Shown here: one piece after another, positions 23,230 to 33,944 of the stretch
Numbering within the stretch: the stretch's first letter is position 1
How the letters are laid out: every line of letters starts with the position of its first letter
IMG/VR virus record: IMGVR_UViG_3300025030_000286
Location: 1-35,913 of that record
Source: a virus
Taxonomy: Duplodnaviria > Caudoviricetes
Reading direction: 5' to 3' (one strand)
DNA length: 35,913 bases
Program-made: the position numbers and the translations under genes
Notes under the pieces: generated by a model
What the model was told of the DNA's origin: nothing
What the model saw: only the letters and a program-made list of their open reading frames with translations
Database searches by the model: none

Positions 23230-26200
23230 CTATTGAAGCTTAAAGTATTTGCGAAGTATGTTAACTGCTGCAGGCTTAAGTGTACCTTCTCTTTCTGCAT
23301 TCTTTATTGTGTTATTGATAGCTGCCTTAGTAGCCAATTGCTTCAGTGCTCTGTTATGTCTAAGATCAACTGTTGAAATTGACATACCTCCAAAGAATGA
23401 AGATATTCTTTTCTGATATCCTGGGTCAGCTAAGTTACCCTCAGTAGGTACCAGCCTGGATATCTTAGACATAACTGGGGTAATCTGTGTCATGATATTT
23501 GATACCCTAGGGTCCATACCAATTACTTCTTCCCCTGTATGTTTATGTTTAATAGTTGGTATGTCAAGTGTCTCCTTAGCTACGTCTGGAAGATTATCGT
23601 GTATGACTTGAAGTAGTTCAGGAGCTGCTTTATCTGCTTCATCTTTGTTAGCTGCCATACTGTATAAGTTCTTAGCAATACTAAAGATAGGAGAGAATCC
23701 CATTTTATCGCCTTGAAGATCTCCAATGGGTAGATCAAGTCTAGCAATTGTAGGAGCCTTACCTCCAGATACATTTATTGTCAATGGAGTCCTAGAATCT
23801 ATCGGCATATCCTCAAGAGGAAGCTTATCATTCTTCCCATAAGTATTACCTGTTATCTTACCAACTGTGGCTGCCATTCTTGGAGAAGTTATTACACCTT
23901 CTGCCTGTAAGGCTAAGTTCTTTCTCATCCAGGTGTTACCCGTTAGTACTATCTGCCCTTCTTGTCTCATTACCCAAGTTTGGTTTTCTGTATTAGGACA
24001 CCATACTACACCTGAATAATGTTCGGTGTATATTTCTGAAGCACATACTTTTTTGTATCTACTTCCTCTAACTATCTTTATACCCCTGTTAGTATATGTT
24101 GTAGTTTTACCAAGCAGTGTGCATAGTATTTGAAATGCTTCTTTTATCTTCTTGTTCTTCTCATGTTTTTCAGTTTGTGAAAAGAAATAACTATTTCCTG
24201 TCTTCTCTGTTGTCTGTGAACCTTCTGCCATATACATAGCTTCATACATAGCCTGACTTGCTGCTTTATCAAGTTTCAATACTATTGACACAGGATCAAA
24301 ATTCTTGAGGTGTTCATACAAAGGCTTAAGTTTTTCTTTGGTAACCCTATATCTTCTTACCCCATTAACACATTTTCCCTTATTCTCAACAAGCTTTTCA
24401 ATTTCGTCAAGGAATTTTTCTTTCTGATAGATTCTTGATTCACAATGATTACCTCTGAATCTCCAGGTACCGTCTGTTATTATCCATCCATATAGTGCTG
24501 CTTGTTCAGGGGTGAATATACTGCCTACATTTTCTTCACAAGAAGCCGACATTATAAGTCTATGTCCAGCCTTAAGATCTTCAAACTTTACTAGGCTTCT
24601 TGTATCTTTATAGACTCTGTGAACAGGCCATTTGTGTTCTGAAGTACATCTAAACTTCTTTGCCCCATTACTTATAACATTGATGTCTTGATTGTATTCA
24701 AATGAGGCAAGACCCTGTATCGGCTTCCATTCAAGCAGATCCTTTTCAATATTGTAAGTAAGAATAAGCTCTCCAACCTTAAGATCTTTTCTAAGCTTCC
24801 ATCCTTCTTTAGTCAGGGCTTCAGAATCATCCGGAACACAATAGAAGGGGATGGTTCTTTTCATTACATTCTGTTCGAATGAAGTAAGTTCAGAATAATC
24901 AAACAGGTACTTCTTAGTGTGGAGTGAAGCTTGTATAGGTGTATCACCTTTAGCTAACCTGTCTATGAACATTGCTAGCCTTGCATTATTCTCAACAGAT
25001 GAACCAACCTTCCTTCCCCCCTCAACTAGTCCAAATCTTGTAGACAAAGGATTGACAAGTTGTTGTACAGAAGCTGGTTTAAGAATTTCTGGACCAAACA
25101 TATCCTTCATCCAATGTCCGGCTGTTGGTGAATATATACCATGACGTTTGGCTAGATCAAGAATTGTATCATAAGATTTGCCAGCAAACGTACCCTGCTT
25201 GCCTGATGCAATATTATAGGCTGTCTTATATCGTGAGAAATCCTCAAGACCTCCTAAGTAGGCATTTGCTACGTTTGAATAGGAGTTTCTGAGGTGGAAG
25301 CCAGGAGATGTAACAGTTACTCTACCCTTCCAGAATTGAAGTAGTCTGTCATATAGTCCTATAATACCTTTTGTAGCTTCATCATTTCCAAATACTTTCT
25401 CCACTCTATTGAGGTTGTCTGCTATTGATTTGGGTAGTATATATACTGGAACATTCTTTGATAACATGTTACCCATCTTCAAATCATTAACATCTACCTG
25501 AATAAGATTTCCCTGACTCTTGAGAATGTTCTTAGGTACATATGCTTCTTTGTGAAAACTCATTGTTCCTCGTGGAGCGAAGATACCGAAGTCAGGACCA
25601 TAATTAGCCATAGCTTTTTCTGCCTGAATTATGTTATGTACCTTTATTCCAAACTGATTAACAGTCTTGTCAATGAGTTCTCTCTTGCCCATTTCAGTGT
25701 AACCAGCACTGCCGTAGAATCTGAGTATGTCATCAATCTTTTCTACAGGTTCCTTTCCAGTAAGCATTGCTTCTTCAAGTGTAGTATACTTTCTCTGTTT
25801 AGTGAAGAAAGGACTACCTTCTTTTATACTACCCATAGGTCCTGTACGAATCCATTCTTGTTTGGTCTGTCCAGGATATATATGTGGAACATAGTTTGCA
25901 TTGGTCGGCTGTGTCTTCAATACACCACTAGCAACTAGTTTATTTGCAAAGTCATCTCTGAATACAGTAAAGTCTTGTGCTGCTTGCTGAACTCTTACCC
26001 TACCTTCAGGAGTAAGGCTAGCAAGTGGAGCAGTGTTACCTTCTACAAAATGAGATACAGCTTTTAGTTCATCATCTGAAAGATGTTTGAATTTCTGGTC
26101 TGCAAGTTCATACAGCTTCTGTACATTGTAGTTAATCTTATCAAGCTGGTCTTGATGCATGTTGTAGTAATCTTTTGGTAGCCCAAATCCCGGCATCAAA

Positions 26201-27105
26201 GCTTTGCCTATAACCTGTCCTACTCTTGTCTTTGCTATTGTATTGCCTACATCTGCAAGTGTTGAATTAACTCTGGTGTTTATGAACTTGGGTGTCAAGT
26301 CGATGAAATGCGACTTCATTCCCATAGCTTCAGGAGTTCTCAAAGACAACAAAGTTCTTGAGCCAGTAGCTGATTCTTTAGCAAGTATACCAGGACCTAG
26401 TGTAGCTATAGGATCTGTTAATATATCCATAGCCAATCCAGTGCTCTGTATAGCTTTCTCCTGATGCCATGCAGGATTAGTTACATCCGACATCATTCTT
26501 TTGAACTGATCAACAAAGCTTCTCTTTACATTCGTTCCAGGAATGACATCTGGAATGTTGGGATCAATTGCCATTGGGTTGTATTGCTTTTCCATGCTGT
26601 TCTGCAGAAGCTTCTTATATATCTTAGCTTTCAAGTCTTGTGGTTCTTCATAGTCAAGGATATCAACACCAAGCTTAGGCAGGAGATTTTGTTCAAGTAT
26701 CTTTGCCCAGTTATTACCTTCTTCAGCAGGCATACCAGACATCAACTCTCTTACCTTAGAGCCAGGAAAATCCAAGGCCTTAAACATCTTCTGCAGTAAT
26801 GAATGAGGCTGATCAGGAGTTTCGGGTTCAACACCTACTGTGCTAAGTATAGCTGTATCTCTGGGAATAGTAAAATTGGTGAAGTTTCCTTGAGTAATGG
26901 TTTGTCTTCTGTAAGGAGTATCTTTAACCCCCATAGGAACAAGACCATCAGCTTTATACATAAGCTCAGCAAGTGAAGGTTCTTCACCCTCTACTCCTGA
27001 AGGAGTTACAGTCATGACATTACCAGTACCTATACCAAAATCAGCTGCAGATAAAGGCTTAGAAGTAATATGTCCACTGAGAAAATCTTCTTTAGAAAGT
27101 GGCAT
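23230..27105 (-). CDS. Large internal virion/ejection protein containing an intein
   Basis: 1291 aa, helical; NYVPH, SPGFHLRN, FDYSELT..E..MKR.IPFY|TW.RKN; position after two smaller ejection-like genes. Confidence 0.7.
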   Translation of the reverse strand: MPLSKEDFLSGHITSKPLSAADFGIGTGNVMTVTPSGVEGEEPSLAELMYKADGLVPMGVKDTPYRRQTITQGNFTNFTIPRDTAILSTVGVEPETPDQPHSLLQKMFKALDFPGSKVRELMSGMPAEEGNNWAKILEQNLLPKLGVDILDYEEPQDLKAKIYKKLLQNSMEKQYNPMAIDPNIPDVIPGTNVKRSFVDQFKRMMSDVTNPAWHQEKAIQSTGLAMDILTDPIATLGPGILAKESATGSRTLLSLRTPEAMGMKSHFIDLTPKFINTRVNSTLADVGNTIAKTRVGQVIGKALMPGFGLPKDYYNMHQDQLDKINYNVQKLYELADQKFKHLSDDELKAVSHFVEGNTAPLASLTPEGRVRVQQAAQDFTVFRDDFANKLVASGVLKTQPTNANYVPHIYPGQTKQEWIRTGPMGSIKEGSPFFTKQRKYTTLEEAMLTGKEPVEKIDDILRFYGSAGYTEMGKRELIDKTVNQFGIKVHNIIQAEKAMANYGPDFGIFAPRGTMSFHKEAYVPKNILKSQGNLIQVDVNDLKMGNMLSKNVPVYILPKSIADNLNRVEKVFGNDEATKGIIGLYDRLLQFWKGRVTVTSPGFHLRNSYSNVANAYLGGLEDFSRYKTAYNIASGKQGTFAGKSYDTILDLAKRHGIYSPTAGHWMKDMFGPEILKPASVQQLVNPLSTRFGLVEGGRKVGSSVENNARLAMFIDRLAKGDTPIQASLHTKKYLFDYSELTSFEQNVMKRTIPFYCVPDDSEALTKEGWKLRKDLKVGELILTYNIEKDLLEWKPIQGLASFEYNQDINVISNGAKKFRCTSEHKWPVHRVYKDTRSLVKFEDLKAGHRLIMSASCEENVGSIFTPEQAALYGWIITDGTWRFRGNHCESRIYQKEKFLDEIEKLVENKGKCVNGVRRYRVTKEKLKPLYEHLKNFDPVSIVLKLDKAASQAMYEAMYMAEGSQTTEKTGNSYFFSQTEKHEKNKKIKEAFQILCTLLGKTTTYTNRGIKIVRGSRYKKVCASEIYTEHYSGVVWCPNTENQTWVMRQEGQIVLTGNTWMRKNLALQAEGVITSPRMAATVGKITGNTYGKNDKLPLEDMPIDSRTPLTINVSGGKAPTIARLDLPIGDLQGDKMGFSPIFSIAKNLYSMAANKDEADKAAPELLQVIHDNLPDVAKETLDIPTIKHKHTGEEVIGMDPRVSNIMTQITPVMSKISRLVPTEGNLADPGYQKRISSFFGGMSISTVDLRHNRALKQLATKAAINNTIKNAEREGTLKPAAVNILRKYFKLQ
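23935..24840 (-). mobile_element. Intein (302 aa) with LAGLIDADG-type homing endonuclease remnants
   Basis: N-term CVPDDSEALTKEGW..DLKVGE, block B CTSEHKW, LYGWIITDG and MYMAEG LAGLIDADG-like helices, block F YSGVVWCP, C-term LTGN followed by Thr+1. Confidence 0.93.
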
Positions 27106-27107
27106 GA

Positions 27108-28106
27108 TTATTCACCCTGGCTGTAAAGATTCCAAATGAATTCACGATCAGGAGGCGTATATTCTCCTAAGAGTTTTGTTACCAACTTCTTTCTTTCTTC
27201 ATCTGTACCCTTGAAAGCTTTAATTCTTTTTACTACAGCAACTGCTTGGTCTTTGTTAACAGTTATTCCACCCTGCTCTGGAAGCTTAACTCCGTAGAAA
27301 GCACTGAAGTCTATATCAGGTAAATCTTCGCCCTCAAGAAGACTAGTCAATACCAGATTTTTAATTGTACTATCTTTCTTCTTCAAGTTCAGCATACCTT
27401 TACGAAATTCATCTGTGCTGATAAGATTCTGCTTATGTCTTGTCATGAGATTGTTTTCTGCCTGCTGTTTTAGCTTCAACAGTTTCTCATCATACATTGA
27501 TTTCTGAGAAAGCTTTTTCATATCCATCTCAATGTCAGCATCTTTGTTAGCAGAAGTACGTAAGCCTCCAGCTACACCAGCTGCTAAATCAAGTTCATCT
27601 CCTCCCATATACTCAGAGAACCAGGGAAGTTTTCCTGTACGATATTCATCATATAACATTGATTCTTCGTCTGAAAGATCAAGACCTTGTGACCTCTTCG
27701 ACATGATACTGCCTATGACATTGTTAGGAGTAGGAAGTTTCTGAGTCTCTTTCTGCTTACTTAACAGCTTTACCAGCTCAAGAGCTTCTGACCCCATAGC
27801 AGGCTTGTATTTATATTCTCCTGGATTCACAGATACAGAAGTATCAGGAAGCATACCAGGATTGAATCCTCCAGCTCCATTGAATATCCCCGAGAGAGAA
27901 GGAGTCTTTACTGAAGGAGGAGTTATCATTTCTCTGGGCCAATCAAACCCCAAAGTATTCTTAAGGTCTACAGCCTGAGTCTGATCGGGAGCTCCACCAA
28001 AGTACATAAGACTCTGTAACAGATTCCCAGATTTAGTAACTGCATCTTGTTTAGAAGCATTGTATCCACCGAGGATATATTTTAAAAGTCCGTCGGAAGT
28101 ATCCAT
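27108..28106 (-). CDS. Putative ejection/internal virion protein
   Basis: Position in podovirus-like gene order; low-complexity G/P-rich N-terminus, helical C-terminus. Confidence 0.5.
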   Translation of the reverse strand: MDTSDGLLKYILGGYNASKQDAVTKSGNLLQSLMYFGGAPDQTQAVDLKNTLGFDWPREMITPPSVKTPSLSGIFNGAGGFNPGMLPDTSVSVNPGEYKYKPAMGSEALELVKLLSKQKETQKLPTPNNVIGSIMSKRSQGLDLSDEESMLYDEYRTGKLPWFSEYMGGDELDLAAGVAGGLRTSANKDADIEMDMKKLSQKSMYDEKLLKLKQQAENNLMTRHKQNLISTDEFRKGMLNLKKKDSTIKNLVLTSLLEGEDLPDIDFSAFYGVKLPEQGGITVNKDQAVAVVKRIKAFKGTDEERKKLVTKLLGEYTPPDREFIWNLYSQGE

Positions 28107-28205
28107 GATTTTCCTCCATATTAGTCAAATTACGGTTTCATATTGGTCGTATGAATACGTTGATTTTACGAACTAATGAATACACTAATGAGTATATCCA
28201 ACGTA

Positions 28206-28784
28206 TTAGCCAAAATTAATACCCATCTTATCCTTGAAATAATTTCCATTATAGCCCATCATGTTACCTCCAAGATAGCCCAATGTGTTTGATAGATTCC
28301 CCCACATAGCAGCACCTCCTGGGTCTTGAGGATATGGATTGAACTGGGTGGTTTTGGTGGTACCAAGCCCCTGAGCTATATTGAATGTGTCATCGTATCT
28401 CTGATTCTCCATATCAACCAGGCTACGATAGCCTGCTGCGGTATTCTTAGCCTTGTCTCTATCTACTTGGAATAGAAGACTTTTTCTTGTAGCAGGATCT
28501 ATATTCAATCCATTTACGGCTTCTACATTACCACTGTATCCATCGTTTACTCCACCAAGAATATCAGAAAGATACAAATTTCTTTGCTGAGGATTGAACT
28601 TTCCATAGCTGGAATATCTCTGCATCAACTCGGGAATAAGTATTTCATTCCATATCTTCTGTTGTTCTGGAGAAAGTGTAGTCTGATTTCCCGTGGGCTG
28701 CTTTGCTTTACCTGCAGCTAAAGCTGAGAATAATCCACCAAGAATTGGAACTGCTCCCCAAAGTGCTGTGCTGTCTTCGGCCAT
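28206..28784 (-). CDS. Putative ejection (pilot) protein
   Basis: Hydrophobic G/A-rich N-terminus, Q/G/N-rich, 'TTLSPEQQ'; follows nozzle-like gene. Confidence 0.55.
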   Translation of the reverse strand: MAEDSTALWGAVPILGGLFSALAAGKAKQPTGNQTTLSPEQQKIWNEILIPELMQRYSSYGKFNPQQRNLYLSDILGGVNDGYSGNVEAVNGLNIDPATRKSLLFQVDRDKAKNTAAGYRSLVDMENQRYDDTFNIAQGLGTTKTTQFNPYPQDPGGAAMWGNLSNTLGYLGGNMMGYNGNYFKDKMGINFG

Positions 28785-28796
28785 TTGTTTTCTCCT

Positions 28797-31184
28797 TTAT
28801 CTGTATTTTTCTTCCGGTAGATTTCCTATAACTAGTGCTGGACTATTTATTGTTACATTACCTACAGCTTCTATTTTAGTGCAAAGTCTCTTTCCTTTAT
28901 AGTATGGGGGAAGTTTAAAGTAATTCCTACCATTGCTCAAAGCTTTAGTATATATCAGAACATCATCAGCATAAAATTTAGCAGTGCATGTTCCTGAAAC
29001 TATATTGACTGTTGCCATGAATACCCTTCCATATTTATACAGCTGGGGTAATTCATATTCAAATTGTTTTGTCTGATACTCCATATTGAAAGGATAAAGT
29101 GTACCAGCTGCATCTTCTATGTATATATCTCCATTGCTGAACCCGAGGTAAATCTTATTGTCTACTGCATCAGCATATGTTAATGTGTTGCCAAATGCTG
29201 TTTCTGTTATCAGATTAAGAACAGTGTTAATTATCAAACCAGGATTAGTACAGACTATACGATTTCCTGCCTTGAATAATCTACCGGCTGCTCCTACAAA
29301 TTTATTCTTTACCTCCATAGCCTTTTCTAAAGCTTGTACAGTATTGAATTCATATATACCTTCTTTACCCAGAAATGTAACTCCTGATTGATCTGGAAAT
29401 AAAGCATTGTCAGTTACTGGACTATCCTGAATTATTATACTCTTGGGGCTGAATATTCCTTCACTTAATTGTGATATAACATAAATCTTGTTATTAGCCT
29501 TTATTGCTATGGCTACATTTCCAAGTGATACTCCACCAAGAATAGCAGATGAATCTCCTACCTCAATCTTGTTTGATAGCCCATCTCCATAAGCTTCGAA
29601 GTTATTCTTTTCAGAATAGTAAAGTATATTGTCTTTGTAGCCAAACAGTCTGTTAAGATGTTCGAATAATCCTTTAAGTCCTATCGGCGGTGGGAGTGCT
29701 TTGTCAAGTGATGCACTGTATTTAACCCCAAGTTCTGAATCAATCTTGTCATCGATGTAGACTTGTGTTTCATTTGTGAGTTCTACAACCAACCTGTATT
29801 CTGTTTGTACTCCACCAACACGATAGATAAGAATCTTTTCTACACTTTCATCAGCAGCTTCTATTGGTATCTTAACCTTCTGATCATTAAGATTAACAGA
29901 TGGACTGGGCGGTGAAGCTACTGACTCAGTTCCAATTGCATTTTTATATGTTACTATATAGGAATAAGCTTCACCTTTTATTCTTCCAACTCCAGTTGAA
30001 TTTGATACGTATATGCTGTAAAGATTTATCTGTATGTCAGGAAGAGTCAACATCTGTTTTACGTTTATCCCAGTTTTAGTTGATGCCCTTGCTGAAGCTT
30101 TATTTAATGAAAGTACAACAGTCTTTATGCTTGCTTTTTGTTCTGTAGTTAATGATGAGATATCAATAGCATAAAGCTTTTCTTCATTATTTATCATCTC
30201 AGCTATTGGTACTCTTATTACTGCATTAAGAGGAAGTGTTGTAAGCTCCTCACCCACTTCGGAATTATAGGGTAGGTAGTCATGTATCCTTGGAAAAGCT
30301 CCTGGGAAATGTACCTGATTGTGGGCTGCTCCTTGTTGTGCGGTCCATATATTTTTATCTGGCTGGAATATGGTATGGTTATATGCATCTGTTATAAGCT
30401 CAACCACCAATTCATTTACTGCAAAATTTATATTAGAGCTCATGCTTAAATAAAGCTTAGTGATATTAGCCCATGAAATATCCAACGTATCCAATGTTAA
30501 GTAGAATAGGGGCAAATGAGAATCAGCTGGAAATGTTACCCATATATTCTTTTCTGTTATAAGCTCAACTGTACTATTACCGTCGTTATACCTATCAACC
30601 TCAATATACCTTGGAGAATATGTAGCTGTACCACCAGAATAAGGTTCAGGAGGATATGTATGTACTTTTACATTCTTATTGGCTAACAAACTTCTATAGG
30701 GGCTTGAAAATGTAGCTGACCAATATCCTGAAAGATAAACCCTATAGAGTTCTGATTCAGGGTCAACTATATCAGCATTGGGTGTAGGAGGAATACCCAT
30801 GGGGTCAACACCTAGCTTTGAATAAGTTGTACCATCAGTCTTGTAGTTACCTCCGGAGTTAGAGAATACAAGATATCCTATACCATTTGCATTGGTGAAA
30901 GGGTGATAGTAAAGCATACTGGCATTATCAATAACATATACACCAACTCCATCTTTATAGAGATTAACACCACATTGAACATAAAGATGTCCATCCCATT
31001 TGTAGAAGGATGTTATAGATGCAGGATATGTAAGCTTAGACCATGGTCCAAGAGGCTTGACTTCATTCAATGACTTGTCTATGCTAAGATTCTTAGCTAT
31101 AGTACTTTCATTCTCATTAATTGTGTTGGCTGCTTTATATGTATTGAGTGAACCAAATACTATGGGTTTGGGTTCTGATCGCAT
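28797..31184 (-). CDS. Tail nozzle/stabilisation-like protein
   Basis: 795 aa beta-rich; YSYIVTY...ES..SP.S, IYR, RLFG...LYYSE patterns common in podovirus tail tube proteins. Confidence 0.6.
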   Translation of the reverse strand: MRSEPKPIVFGSLNTYKAANTINENESTIAKNLSIDKSLNEVKPLGPWSKLTYPASITSFYKWDGHLYVQCGVNLYKDGVGVYVIDNASMLYYHPFTNANGIGYLVFSNSGGNYKTDGTTYSKLGVDPMGIPPTPNADIVDPESELYRVYLSGYWSATFSSPYRSLLANKNVKVHTYPPEPYSGGTATYSPRYIEVDRYNDGNSTVELITEKNIWVTFPADSHLPLFYLTLDTLDISWANITKLYLSMSSNINFAVNELVVELITDAYNHTIFQPDKNIWTAQQGAAHNQVHFPGAFPRIHDYLPYNSEVGEELTTLPLNAVIRVPIAEMINNEEKLYAIDISSLTTEQKASIKTVVLSLNKASARASTKTGINVKQMLTLPDIQINLYSIYVSNSTGVGRIKGEAYSYIVTYKNAIGTESVASPPSPSVNLNDQKVKIPIEAADESVEKILIYRVGGVQTEYRLVVELTNETQVYIDDKIDSELGVKYSASLDKALPPPIGLKGLFEHLNRLFGYKDNILYYSEKNNFEAYGDGLSNKIEVGDSSAILGGVSLGNVAIAIKANNKIYVISQLSEGIFSPKSIIIQDSPVTDNALFPDQSGVTFLGKEGIYEFNTVQALEKAMEVKNKFVGAAGRLFKAGNRIVCTNPGLIINTVLNLITETAFGNTLTYADAVDNKIYLGFSNGDIYIEDAAGTLYPFNMEYQTKQFEYELPQLYKYGRVFMATVNIVSGTCTAKFYADDVLIYTKALSNGRNYFKLPPYYKGKRLCTKIEAVGNVTINSPALVIGNLPEEKYR

Positions 31185-31699
31185 TATTCACTCCAGTTTA
31201 TGGATTCAACTTCTTCCTTTGTTTGTGCTGATATTAATGCCCCTTTAATAAGCCTCCATTTTTTATGTATTGAATCTCCCCGTTGTACCATTGCTATCAA
31301 CATACCACTGAATTGCTGTGGGCTTAGCTTTATTACTGAACCATCTTTACAAGTCCAATCAATTGAGATTCCAGCTATTTGTGAAGCCATTGAAGCAAGT
31401 GTTATTCTCTGTATTGATATTGGATCTGAATCAAAAGTTTTTCCAAGATATTCAAATCCATTTCCCTCTTTATTATCTCTTATATCCTTAAGTGTTTTAA
31501 GCTTTTGCAATTTAAGTTCATCTAGTGGTACATCAGGAGTTATTATAACTGGCTCGTTATTTATTATGTGTGTAGCGTAGGATGGAGCATTAAGATAAAA
31601 TTCTTCATCAACACCTACCTGATCTATTATTATTTCTACATTAGTAGTTATATGTCTTAATATCTCCCCTGTAGTTTTTGAATATATAGCTATTTTCAC
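31184..31699 (-). CDS. Tail fibre assembly-associated protein, DUF4376-like
   Basis: RD..E..GFEYLGKTFDSD..S..RI, WTCKDGS...L, C-terminal EEVESINW; downstream of tail fibre. Confidence 0.8.
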   Translation of the reverse strand: MKIAIYSKTTGEILRHITTNVEIIIDQVGVDEEFYLNAPSYATHIINNEPVIITPDVPLDELKLQKLKTLKDIRDNKEGNGFEYLGKTFDSDPISIQRITLASMASQIAGISIDWTCKDGSVIKLSPQQFSGMLIAMVQRGDSIHKKWRLIKGALISAQTKEEVESINWSE

Positions 31700-33297
31700 T
31701 TTTTAACCTCCAATACAATGATATCCGCCTCTTCAAACCAAAGCATTGTAGTATTTCCATTGTATCCAGAACCTGCCATACCAAATCCTCTAAGCCTTAA
31801 TTTGAAAGTATGAGAACCAGCAGAAGGAGTATTCATTGTAGTCCTTGTTAATATCTCCCCTGATAGTGTAAGATTCATAGCTCCACCAACTCCGGAGAGA
31901 TATTTAGAAATCAATACAGTAGAATCAATCATTATATCAACATAAGCCATTCCTGGAGTTACCCCATCTGACACCAGACTACATCCAAATTTAACATTAC
32001 CAGTTATTATAACAGGAGCACCTGTACAGGTTAGAGTTACAGAAGCAGTTGAATCTCCTGAGAACCAGGTTCTATCCACGTAAGCTATTCCTTGTGTCGT
32101 ATATCTGCTAGCACTTAAAGCATTTGTTGTGGCATTGTTTTTGATCTGTAATGTATCTACAGTCAAATCCTTTATGTAAGCTCCATCCATTACAACTTTG
32201 TTATTGTATATTGCAAAAGGAACTACATCAGAATATCCTGGATTAGCAATGATAAATTTATCTACAAGAAAAGCTGCTGTAGTTTCTACTCCAGTACCAA
32301 GGATTTCAAATCCAGTAACTCTTCCATTTACATCCAGCTTAACTCCATACTTAACTTTGATACCATCATATGAACCTTCAAGAGTTTCAATTGAAGATGT
32401 ATGATTCCCCAAAGTTGTTGTGTGAGTAGATACTGTTTCACTTAAAGCTGTATAATCTTGTTCTGCTTGAGCTGCGTATGTCTGAGCTGTAATAGCAGAG
32501 TTAGATGCTGCCACAGCTGAATTGTTTGCATTGGTTGCATAGTTACCTGCATTAGTTTCACTTGTTGCTGCATTTCCAGAAGCTGTTACAGCAGTGGTAG
32601 CATAGCCACTTGCTTCACTTGCTTTTGTTGTAGCTGTAGTAGCGTATCCACTTGCTGCTGTTGCATATCCTCCTGCCTCAGTAGCTTTAGCTGACGCTGT
32701 ATCTGCATGTGTTGAAGCTGCTGAAGCATAAGTTCCTGCCGAAGTATTTGCTGCTTCTGCTGCTGTCTTTGCTACTGATGCTGCTGTGGCTGAAGATTCT
32801 GCCTCTCCTGCTTTTGTTGTAGCTATCCCTGCTGAAGTGTTTGCTGCATCAGCTGATAGTCCCGCATTGGTTTCAGAAGTAGCTGCAGATTCTGCATATG
32901 TTGCCGCTGATTCAGCTGATAGTCCAGCTGCTATAGCAGATTGTGCGGCAGATACTGTATCACCATACAGGTTATTTATTTCTTCAATGTTATTCTTTAT
33001 GTTAGCAATTACTGCTTCTGAATCTATTCTGGTTATCAGATCTTGATATATTTCACTGATGAAGAATTCTCTTGATATGGCAGCTACCATCTCAGCAACT
33101 AATGTACCATCTGTATCTCCAGATATCTCATCGGTGATAAGGGCCTTGAGTTCTCCAAGCTTAACATATCTCTCATCTTCATCACCTAGTCCATGCATAT
33201 TATCAAGGACATTATAAAGCTCCTGAATAATATTTGACAAGGAAAGAATAAGTGATTCTTGAGTCCTTGGATCTATGTTAACGCTTTGAAGTCCCAT
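31696..33297 (-). CDS. Tail fibre protein with Ala/Ser/Thr repeat shaft and DUF1983-like domain
   Basis: SAATSETNA-type repeats; KYGVKLDVNGRVTGF...DKFIIANP...VPFAI...VVMDGAYIKD. Confidence 0.82.
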   Translation of the reverse strand: MGLQSVNIDPRTQESLILSLSNIIQELYNVLDNMHGLGDEDERYVKLGELKALITDEISGDTDGTLVAEMVAAISREFFISEIYQDLITRIDSEAVIANIKNNIEEINNLYGDTVSAAQSAIAAGLSAESAATYAESAATSETNAGLSADAANTSAGIATTKAGEAESSATAASVAKTAAEAANTSAGTYASAASTHADTASAKATEAGGYATAASGYATTATTKASEASGYATTAVTASGNAATSETNAGNYATNANNSAVAASNSAITAQTYAAQAEQDYTALSETVSTHTTTLGNHTSSIETLEGSYDGIKVKYGVKLDVNGRVTGFEILGTGVETTAAFLVDKFIIANPGYSDVVPFAIYNNKVVMDGAYIKDLTVDTLQIKNNATTNALSASRYTTQGIAYVDRTWFSGDSTASVTLTCTGAPVIITGNVKFGCSLVSDGVTPGMAYVDIMIDSTVLISKYLSGVGGAMNLTLSGEILTRTTMNTPSAGSHTFKLRLRGFGMAGSGYNGNTTMLWFEEADIIVLEVKK

Positions 33298-33944
33298 TAT
33301 CTTCCTCCAGCCAATACATAAGCCGGTTTCATATTCTCAATAACAAGTAATGCTTTTGCTTTGTACTTCTCATATTCATTGTAGTAAAACAAAGCTCTCT
33401 TCTTATCTTGTCCATCACCTTCTTTATCAAGAGCTTCGTAAAGTGCGTAGTTAAAGACACCTTCTCTTACGTCAAGAATATTTATTACTTCATCAGCATC
33501 AGCTGAAAGCAAAGCAGGATAAGCCCTATATTCAAAGTCAGCTGTATCTCCACTATCTGTAGCAGCTGGTATAGGATCTACCATTATCTTACCTGCACCA
33601 AAGTAATCCCAATTGAGTGGAGTACCTGATGCTTTTGAGAATCTGAGTCTGGACTTTTGGGTCAAACAATCAAGGTAGAATTTCGATACCTCAACCAAAT
33701 CCGATGGTAAATCATATATGGATACACTAGTCTGAAGAGTTAAAAGTCCCTCTGAAATAATAAAATCTCCGTCCTTGCAAAGTAATTTGTATCCTTTGTT
33801 TAAATATCCATCTACCTCGTCGAATGTCCAGAAGGTAGGATTACCGACTTCCTCTCTAAGTTTTATAAGGACATCTACTCTCAATTGAGCTAGAGAATTT
33901 TTATTTGTTACCTGTTGGGTTGATGGAGTAGCTAATATGCTCAT
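33297..33944 (-). CDS. Putative head-tail adaptor protein
   Basis: LAQLR, FWTFDEVDGYLN, YDLPSD, YALYEALDKE...A..YY patterns; position. Confidence 0.65.
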   Translation of the reverse strand: MSILATPSTQQVTNKNSLAQLRVDVLIKLREEVGNPTFWTFDEVDGYLNKGYKLLCKDGDFIISEGLLTLQTSVSIYDLPSDLVEVSKFYLDCLTQKSRLRFSKASGTPLNWDYFGAGKIMVDPIPAATDSGDTADFEYRAYPALLSADADEVINILDVREGVFNYALYEALDKEGDGQDKKRALFYYNEYEKYKAKALLVIENMKPAYVLAGGR

